Shown here: one piece after another, positions 55,221 to 64,000 of the stretch
Layout: every line of letters begins with the position of its first letter
How positions within the stretch are numbered: the first letter of the stretch is position 1
DNA from: the human T2T-CHM13v2.0 reference genome, Homo sapiens
DNA: 64,000 bases
NCBI RefSeq assembly: GCF_009914755.1
Contig: NC_060928.1
Direction: 5' to 3' (one strand)
The notes under the pieces: model-generated
The model's input: the letters and a program-made list of their open reading frames with translations, nothing else
The model's database searches: none
Told to the model about the DNA's origin: nothing
Translations under genes and position numbers: made by a program

Positions 55221-55822
55221 CGTCCTATGTTTGTGTCAAACGTGACAAAGCACCAAATGTCTTTTAAAATTATATAAAACACAATGCCAATTAAAGTAAA
55301 TAACTGGAAAAAATCTGGGGCCTGCATGTTCCAACAGAAAACATAATAGTAAGCCCACTTCAATAAAATTTCCCCATACACACACGCATGTATACATGTG
55401 ACATTTTCTAGGCATGATTTACTCTGACCTTACAAGTATTCAGTCTTCATAAAGATTTATAGATGCTTGGAACTCTTAGTCATACTTAATACCAATTCTG
55501 ATCCCCTAACTAACACTTTCCTATCAATAAAAGTAAATTTGTACTTCACATTATTGCAAATTACTCACTAAAGATGAATGGTTTCTATTAAGAACGTAAA
55601 AAGCTACTCTGATTTTTTATTAAACTTTAAATTACTTTTCAAAAACTGAAAGTAGTTCTTGACAATAGCAAATGTATTTTGTTTGTAACTTGGTGTTTTT
55701 TCAAAACTAACTACAGCATTCAAAGTAATCAAAATAGAACTTCTTTTCCCAGAAGGGGATAGTTGATAAATGAAAGCAGAAATCCTAAAAGTTCTTAATC
55801 CCGTATGAACAGTAAGTTTTAC

Positions 55823-55922
55823 CTGAAGATACTGAGTATGTAACTTCTGCATTATTTCCTTCATCAGGATCCTTTGCAAACACAGTTGTAACCAACATAT
55901 TTACTGGTTGACCTTCCAGAAC
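55823..55922 (-). CDS. DCHS2: DCHS2 coding exon, 100 nt, phase 0-1 (true frame not in ORF track)
   Basis: Acceptor TTTTAATGGCAG|GTT, donor CAG|GTAAAA; VLEGQPVNMLVTTVFAKDPDEGNNAEVTYSVSS. Confidence 0.96.
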
Positions 55923-57252
55923 CTGCCATTAAAACAAACAGCTTACAAATGAGTCAGCAAAAGTTTAAAAAGAAATATCAGTGGACCTTTAAATGAATGA
56001 ATACATTATACTAAACATTTTAAACTATCTTAAAATCCACATATAATTCAAATGCATACCATGTAAAAGTTATATGGGTGTATGTCCATGAAAAGAATCC
56101 TCCTTACATATTAAATCTTTTATTCAATTAGAATGAATTATCTGAGGCATCTGAACTAATTCTGACCAAAAGAAAAAGAAATTGAACTTGCTAAACAATC
56201 TTAGATTTTTGGTGTATTTTAAGATTTCTAGCATATTCTCATTCATCATCTCTTAGGACATTTTTTGAAAGGTGGTTGCTATGGCTTAAAATATGCTTAA
56301 AATAAGTATGAACCTTTAATTCAGAAAACAAAACTCATGCAGGACATACCAATTATCAGGAGCTGTCCTGCAATGTTGAAATGCACATGTGAAGTTCAAC
56401 TACATGTTTAGAGTCCAACTGCCCAATTAAGCCACAGGACATTTTAATGATATGATTAAAAAGTGTAATGATGATATAATAATATTTTGCTTTGTTAGAA
56501 TTTTTCTTTAAAGCTGGATTCAGATCAGTTTAAAGTTATGAGTTCCTCAATACTTTTGTTGAGTTGTTCAATATGTATATTTGAGCACAATTTGAATGTC
56601 TAATTCAATTGTTCTGGAACAGTAGCTTCTAAACTTTTCATTATTATAACCCATCCACTAAAAAAATTATTAGTAGGTCCAAACATATTTATTAATTATG
56701 TGAATGAACTGATATTCTAATTTATTATGTATATTATACAACATACAAAAAGACAAATGAAAAAGATGAGATAATATAAATATAATTGCCAGTTGGTGCA
56801 TGTGATCAAAAGGATCAACTTTTACTATCTCTGGATTTCCACCTACCCACTTTAGAGCTACAGGTTGTTCCCCTACCCTTAAGTAACTATCTTAGAGACA
56901 TGTATCAATTGCCGTTAAGAAGCTCTGCACAAAGAGATGCACGTAAACTACTGGAAAAACAAGCCATGTCTGAGCATTAACCTGAAGCACCATTCAGTTT
57001 GTGTACAAGGGGCTGAACTAAACTTATTGTTATAAAGCAACTGGAGGTACAATGCCAAAGAGCACATATATTCATTTACTTTTTAAAAATTTTCTTTTAA
57101 AATAACATGTGCACAGTATCTAGGTCTTCTAGAAAAAGTATGCTTTGCCACACCAAGACTGATGTGATAAATTCACAGGTTTTACCACAAGATGGTGCTC
57201 AAAACAAATGACTTAAGATATTACAAATTCATTGCAAGGTTTCTTCACAAAC

Positions 57253-57440
57253 CTTCACGTGTAACTCCTTTCCAGGGAGACACTGGGGGAAGAAGGGCCT
57301 GTTATCATTGATGTCAGTAACTGAGACGTAAACCGCCATGGTGGCGTTTCGTGGTGGGGAGCCGCGGTCTGTCACTAGCACAGTCATCTCATGGTGCCCC
57401 CGGTGCTCACGATCCAGTGCCACCCAATTGATTAACTCTC
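57253..57440 (-). CDS. DCHS2: DCHS2 coding exon, 188 nt, phase 1-0
   Basis: Acceptor CTCTGCAG|GA, donor AAG|GTTTGT; GELINWVALDRE..DINDNRPFF..LHVK. Confidence 0.96.
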
Positions 57441-59310
57441 CTGCAGAGTACAGAGCAGAACAAGACACAGGCACTGTGTACCAGGCGCACCAGGGCCAGA
57501 ACCATTTCCAGAAGGAAAACCAAGTACAAAGCTTTGAGCAAATATGCGACTTCTAAGACCATCTACATAGTAGTTTGGCTCTATGGTACTGTGGAAAAAA
57601 TTTTCTCAAGTTGCTCCTGAAAATGTCACTTTAAATTTGTTATTCTTTGTATTTCAAATTATCATCCATCGATCATTTGAACTAATAAACAATGAATTCA
57701 TAAAAATGATAAAACTCCGTGGGAACTTAGTAATGATTTGGAAGATTTAAAACTGCTGCTTATCCCTCTTTATGCTGCTATACAGAATGATGGAAAGCAT
57801 GTGAGCTCTGACACAGGTTCTGGCTTTGGCCCCAGTTTCCCCATCTCAGACATGGAATGACTCCTCTGAGCCTGGGACTGCTGTCAGGAAGAAATGTAAT
57901 CACACATTTAAAAGTATTGTGCAAGCTATACATGACGACACAAGTGGAAGCTGTTATTACTACTTTAACATAATGGCTAAATACCTTTCTGGAAATCAAA
58001 TAATATCCCTTAGGCAATAGTTCTTGTTTTATGCACACAAGTATTTGTTTTTTATCTCACAAAATATACATGTAGCAGTGGATAGTGACTTCCTAAAAAC
58101 TCTTAATGCTTTAGAAGCTTTATTTCAAATATTTCTGCCTAGAGCTATACTACCTTCAGTAACTTTCCTCATGTGTCAGCCATGCAGACCCAGGCATAAC
58201 ATCTAAGTGCCTCTTCCTATTGCCAGGGACCTTGGGAAGACAAGCACTCGGTCCAATAGCCTGTCAGAGCTCTGCCAAGCATTGATTTCCTCACCATTTA
58301 TGAAAAAAAAATGTACCTGTGAGAATGTGAGCATGAAGCAGCTACCGACAAACATTTCTGCGGCTAAAAACTTTTTTCCTCTTAATACAAATAAAATAGC
58401 ATTGCATTAAAAAAAAGTGGAAACAGGGAACAAAAATGAAAATTCTCATTTAGGTAAGTTGCTGAATTGGTGAGCTTAAATGCAGTGTTTATGATAACTG
58501 TTTACTGTTAATATATAAACTATATTTATAGTGTTTACTCGGTGGTTTTAATATAGATCATACACACAATTGCTTTTTTTAAATTCCAAACTATAATTCT
58601 CCTCCGAAGACCTTAACTTCTGAATGGCAAACAGATTTTTATTCATAAAGCAAATCTGATGGATAAGCAGCAGCCTTGGAGGTCGGGGATGTAAAAGACT
58701 GTGCAGCTCAGGCTGCAGCTGGGGATGGGCGACACCAGGATATGGTTCCACAGGAGCTCAAGTCCTGGTCACTTGTAGGACTGTCCAGAGAACTGGATGA
58801 AAAGGGGGTGTGTCTCCCAGGCTCTGAAGGACACCCTCCACCCTGCCTTGCCATGCTGTCCTTGGGAGGAGGAACAGTTTACAAGCACGTAGTGTTCCAA
58901 GCCCTTTCATATTCTTTAGCTCTTTACCCCTCAAAGCATGGCACAGGGCGTGTCAGGAATTGTCTCCTGTATTCATGGTAAGGAAGCAGCTCTGAGCTTA
59001 AGCTACTTGCTTAAAGCCATACAATGAAATTAGGAATGGACACCTCGTTTTCTTGTAGGGGAGGGAAGATCACGGGGGAATCAACTGTAGTTTGCTTATT
59101 TTAAAGAAAAAAACAAGTGAAATAGAAGACCTTGAAAACTAGCCATATGGAAGTAAAGTGCAAGCAGGGTCATCCCATATAGCTGTATGGTTTGTGCCCT
59201 TGCAGCAGGAGTCTCAGTTTAGGGAGTGAATGAGAGTGGAAAGGCAGCTTGCAACCTTCTTGGCAAGCCATGTGCCCTGTGAAAACCCTCCATCTGCTGT
59301 GAAAGGTCAC

Positions 59311-59442
59311 CTTCTCCTAATTCACAGAACAGAGACTTGAGAACAAAGGCTTGAAGTTCATCAGAACTGAATGCAAAGTCTGTCCCACTAAAGGCAGCAG
59401 CACCATCTGCCCAGGTTATGACATAGATGGTGCCTGCTGGAC
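59311..59442 (-). CDS. DCHS2: Candidate DCHS2 in-frame cassette exon, 132 nt, phase 1-1
   Basis: Acceptor CTCCCTTTTTGTGCAG|GT, donor AAG|GTGACC; open frame PAGTIYVITWADGAAAFSGTDFAFSSDELQAFVLKSLFCELGE; I recall this peptide in an older DCHS2 isoform. Confidence 0.75.
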
Positions 59443-59459
59443 CTGCACAAAAAGGGAGC

Positions 59460-59575
59460 TTCTTCTCATCTTACCAGCTCCATGACTTTGGGTGTACTAC
59501 TCGAGCTATCTGAGTTTCAGTTTTCCCGGGTATGTATTTGCAGTATAGATATGTTTCATTGTAAGGATTAAATAA
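59460..59575 (+). mobile_element. MIR fragment
   Basis: cttaccagctccatgactttggg..tctgagtttcagttttcc..gtaaggattaaa. Confidence 0.6.
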
Positions 59576-60205
59576 ACTCCCCGTAAACTTATACAACATA
59601 AATTTTAAAATATAGTGACTTTTAATCTTTAATTTCTTAATTCAGACTTTAAAAATTTCACTGTAATTATTCCCCCTTTTCCTCTGGTTCCCCTGTCAGA
59701 ATGAGAAAAAGGATATATATTCTTAGAGTGATTTTGAAATCTTAACCAATGAATTGATGTCTAGCTTTACATTGATGATATTTATATTTCACAAAATACG
59801 TTTTGACGTTTTTTAAATGTCTACAAATGGAAAAGGATGGTTGTTGAAAAAATTAGCCTTTACACAAGGATATATTCAATCCAGTTCTGACTATACCTCT
59901 AGTTCAGAAAAAGAACCATATATTGGCAAGATGGGGATGTGATGCAGGGAAAGTATGAATTATTATGGGTGAAACTCTATTCAATTTTTAATCCATTTTT
60001 AAGACCTCACAATAGAGTAATCGAATACCTTATTTATTAAAAACCATTATTTCAATTGCATGTATGCACTAATGCTATACCTAACGACTTGAGTTTTCTC
60101 AATCCTGATTTTGTTTAATTTTTTATTTTTATTTTTACTTAAAGACGAGTGTGATAGTACTGAACCCTCATTTTAAAGGAATAGGTGGAAACTATGAAGT
60201 GCTAC

Positions 60206-61222
60206 CTGTATTAGGATTCATCTTGAAGAATTTTCCATCAGACAAAAGGAAATATAATAGCTGTCCATTCTTTCCAGAGTCCATGTCAATAGCTGTAATT
60301 TTGCCTATTACCCCTTGGGGAACAGGGCTCTCTTCGACTTTCAAAAACAACACATCATGCAAGAAGGTGGGGGAATTGTCATTCTCATCCCAGACACGAA
60401 CAATGACTGTAGTGCTCACATTTTGCAAGAATCCGTCCTCGGGGATCCAAGCAAACACTCTAAAATTATATGTTTGGGTGGATTCATAGTCAAACTGTCG
60501 CCGCAAATAAATCCAGCCCGTGTAAGGGCGGATTCCAAACATAGCAGAGTCTACGCTGGGTTCCAGCGAGTACCTAAGAGGCGAGGCTGCACGCTGGGGG
60601 CCAAGTGGGTGCGCCTGTGTTTGCAGCATTTGTGTCATCGGTGAGAGAGACTCACTGACTTCCACTTGATAGACCAAATGTTCGAAAGTCCAGGATGGGC
60701 TGTGTTCGCGTTTCTCGATAACGACTGTCAGCACCAGCAGGGCTGCCTGAGGATGCACGCCTTGGTCCTCGGCCCTGAGAGTCAGCGTGAGCTCCCGCTG
60801 CTCGCCCGCGCCCAGGCTGCCGTTGAGGAACAGCACCCCCAGGGCTCTGTCGATGGCAAAGACGCCTGGCTGCGGGCTGGCGATGGAGTACCGGATGAGT
60901 CCGTTCCGCCCACTGTCTCTGTCTTCCGCACGTGCGAGGTACAAGGCTGTGCCAGGGGGCGTGGTCTGGGATATTCTAATCTCATCCGAGGTCCTGAGGA
61001 ACGCTGGGTGGTTGTCATTGACATCCATGACTGTTATGTTGACCTCGGTGCTGCTGCAGGCTGGGGCGCTGCCGAGCTGCGCCTGCACCGTGAGCACAAC
61101 CACGGGCTGCGTCTCGTGATCCAGGGGCTTCCGGGTGCGAATAGTGCCCAGCCGCGGGTGAATGGAGAACTTTCCGCCGAGATCACCAGAAGAAATCCTG
61201 TAAAAGATTGGTTCTGAGGAGT
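60206..61222 (-). CDS. DCHS2: DCHS2 coding exon, 1017 nt, phase 1-1
   Basis: Acceptor CTCTTTTTCAG|AC, donor CAG|GTAGCA; LDHE, DVNDNHP, DRDSGRNG, FDYE, DENDNSP, DMDSGKNG motifs. Confidence 0.97.
60500..61190. promoter_or_regulatory. Intragenic CpG-island-like segment within a coding exon
   Basis: Visibly GC-rich with dense CpG relative to the CpG-depleted rest of the window; not computed. Confidence 0.6.
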
Positions 61223-61300
61223 CTGAAAAAGAGAGAGGGGACAACCACTGTATGTCAAAAGGGTGGACCCACTGGAAACTCAGAAATTGAAATGTTAATA

Positions 61301-61635
61301 CAGTCATCCACTGCCTAATGACACTTCAGTCAATGATGGATCACATATACTATGATGGTTCCGTAAGATTCTGACACCGTATTTTATTGTACCTTTTCTG
61401 TGCTCACATACATAAATCCTTACCATTGGGGTACAACTGCCTACAGTATTAAGTGCAGTAATATGCTGTGCAGGTTTGTAGCCTAGGAGCAATCGACTGT
61501 AACATTTAGCCTAGGTGTCTGGTAGGCCACACCATCCAGGTTCGTGTGAGTACACTCTGTGATGTCTGCACACTGACAAAATTTTCTAATGAGGCATTTC
61601 TCAAAACATTTCCCATCGTTAAGGACGCATGATTG
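61301..61635 (+). mobile_element. Tigger3a/MER7A-like DNA transposon
   Basis: Termini cagtcatccactgcctaatgac / atcgttaaggacgcatgattg, TA duplication on both sides. Confidence 0.88.
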
Positions 61636-62595
61636 TATATTCTCCATCTACAGAGACTGCTGTGCAATGTCTTACTTTCTCCACTCTCCAAAGCCTGCTG
61701 AAAAGTGGACACACGGTTTTAAGAATTTTTTTGGTGTACGAAAAGAATGTCCAATGGGCAAAGAGCAAGCCACAGGTTTCACTCTCTTCCTTCATCCCTC
61801 TTGCATTAGATAAAAGGGAAAGATATTCAGAAAATAATTCAAATACCTTTTTTTAAATATATTTGAGGAAGTCAAGTTCAATTTATGTTGATGTTACTCT
61901 ATTATATCTACCTATGAAGGGCAAATACTCTCCATAGAGATTGAGGGAAGGGAGAGAGGAAGGAACAGGAGGGGACTAGGAGGAGGACAAGCTCTTTGGA
62001 AAGGTAATTCATTTCTAGGAATTTATCCTGCAGAGGTTCCTCTACAGGTGTGAAAAAGTCACACACGGCTATTTGCTCAAGTACTATTTGGACTAGCAAG
62101 ATTTTTTAAATCCTTCAAATTGGTAGCAAATGTAAACATAAAACATATCTAAGTTGAAACACTATAAACTGTCTTTTAAGGAAACAGAATGGCATCCATT
62201 TATCTGGAAAGTTGTTCAGTATATACTAAGTGGGGAAAGAAGCTCTATAACAACAAATATAGAAAGATGCATTTTTGTCAAAAATTTGTAAATTGTGTGT
62301 GCATGTGTGTGTTTTTGTGAGTGGGTTATAGGAGACATATATTTTGTATATTATAATCTGTATTATTTTAAACATTCTTTTTAAAATGCCTATTATTTTT
62401 GTGATCAGAAAAAAAATTGTGGGATGGACAGAAACAATGTTGGAAGAACAAAGAGCAAGCCACAGTTTGTGTTATCTCCCTTGTTTTGACTTGCGTGGAA
62501 AGAAGAAAAAAATTATTCAAGATTGTACCGCCTACAAAAAAACAAGAAATGTTCCAATAATGGAATTCCATGCAGCATAAGAAATAAGTACTTAC

Positions 62596-62832
62596 TCAAG
62601 GGCTCTCTTGCTTTCACTGTTCCAATGGGACTATCTTCAGGCACATCTTCATAAACTAAGAAAGTGTACTTAGGCCTTTCAAACTCAGCAGGTGCCAGAG
62701 TTGTCTGGAAAATGTGTATGGTGACATCGGCATTAATGACAGCTGTGAGCCCGCCACCGTCTTGAGCAGAGACCATCAACAAAAGTGTGGTAGATTCCAA
62801 ATGACTAAGAGGTAATGTTAAGTAAATAATTC
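62596..62832 (-). CDS. DCHS2: DCHS2 coding exon, 237 nt, phase 1-1
   Basis: Acceptor TTTTCCCTACCCAG|GA, donor TGA|GTAAGT; GIIYLTLPLSHLE..AQDGGGL..VYEDVPEDSPIGTVKAREPL; joins the next exon as ..EPLNSSEP. Confidence 0.96.
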
Positions 62833-62919
62833 CTGGGTAGGGAAAAGAAAACATTGGTAAACAGATAACATGTAATAAATACTGATGAGCAATAGTAACA
62901 CCTGGTCTATTAAGTGTAT

Positions 62920-63460
62920 TGTGATGTTTTATTTTATGTGTTAACTGGGCCACAGGATGTCCAGGCATTTGATCAAACATTATTTTGAGTGTGTCTGTGA
63001 GGGTGCTTTTGGATGACATTAACATTTAAATCTGTAGACTGAATAAAGCAGATCATCCTCCCTAATGTGGGCAGGCCTGGTCCAATCCACTGAAGGCCTG
63101 AATAGAACAAAAAAGCTGACTAAGAGAGAATGGCTCCTGCTCCCAACCTGGGGCACTGGTTTTTCTCCAGCCTTCAGGCTCAGATAGAAGCATTGGCTCT
63201 TCCTAGGTCTCGAGCCTGCTGGTCTTCAGCCTCAAACTATACGACTGGCTCTCCTGGTTCTCAGGTCTTTGGACTGAGACTGAAGCAACACTGCCAGCTC
63301 TCCTGGCTCAGTTTGATGGATCTGCTCACCCTGCAGATCTTGGGACTTGCCAGCCTTCATAATCACATGAGCCAATTCCTTGTGATCAGTCTCCTCATAC
63401 ATACACACACACACACACATACATCCTGTTGGGTCTGTTCTCTGGAGATGAACTGATACA
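62920..63460 (+). mobile_element. Solo MLT2 (ERVL) LTR with internal (CA)n
   Basis: TG...CA termini, MLT2-type sequence, perfect 5-bp TSD tgtat (62915-62919, 63461-63465). Confidence 0.9.
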
Positions 63461-64000
63461 TGTATTTGCCAACCAAAGACCTTCTGCATATTTGCAAAAC
63501 AATGTCAAATTATGTTAGGTAAGCAATATTTTCCTAGAGTTAAAACATTAGACATTTTAGAAGTATATAAAGTCACTAGAAAAAATATAAATTGTGTTGT
63601 CTTCTTTAGGGCTTACCATATCACCAGCCCGAGATGACAGAAGATCAGATTATATCCCATAGTCCAGTATATTCTAATGCAGGCTAGCGCAGGGTTGTAG
63701 GGTGATTACAACCTGCTCAAGTGCCAGAATCCCAAGTCTACAGGATGAAACTAAAATTTTATCTTCTAAGGTATTTGACATTTGCCCTGAACTAGACCGT
63801 GTAGGGTAGCTCTCTTTTTAAACTGACTCCACTCCACCTTTGTTGGTGAGAAGATATAATACAATAGCTGTGTACAATAAAACTTCAGCAAATGTAAAGA
63901 CAATGGGGACAAGAGTGACGACTTAGGCTTATGCATGTAGAGTATGTGAGAGGAGAACTTATTTATGGCTAAGTTGGGAAGAGATTCGGTAATACTGACA

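Noticed and set aside
55604-55879. 91-aa minus ORF overlapping the 100-nt exon
   Set aside because: Wrong frame; the cadherin frame is VLEGQPVN..DPDEGNN
58548-58981. Overlapping short ORFs in a GC-richer patch, considered as an extra exon
   Set aside because: No cadherin similarity and no convincing splice-site pair found
60151-61258. Several overlapping antisense or alternative-frame ORFs up to 183 aa
   Set aside because: Expected shadow ORFs opposite a GC-rich coding exon

Overview
AT-rich, repeat-dense primate (very likely human) genomic DNA lying entirely inside a large minus-strand atypical cadherin gene recognised as DCHS2 (dachsous cadherin-related 2). Ten constitutive coding exons were reconstructed from GT-AG boundaries (62832-62596, 61222-60206, 57440-57253, 55922-55823, 50236-50079, 48970-48127, 43737-43498, 32984-32850, 32631-32422, 26435-25578). 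They total 3987 nt and splice into one open frame of tandem extracellular cadherin (EC) repeats. The gene starts beyond the right edge and continues beyond the left edge. Two extra exon candidates absent from the ORF track were found: an in-frame 132-nt cassette (59442-59311) and an alternative terminal exon (from 51073) predicting a truncated, transmembrane-less product. Introns carry two near-full-length old L1s, many Alus, MaLR/ERVL LTRs, DNA-transposon fossils and a decayed HMGN4/HMGN2-like processed pseudogene. The most unusual structures are an Alu insertion whose target-site duplication copied an exon's 5' splice site, and a young (~96% identical) 267-bp inverted copy of local DNA pasted into an ancient L1 5'UTR. 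No prokaryotic-type systems are present. Repeat subfamily names and exon numbering are from recall and need RepeatMasker/annotation confirmation.
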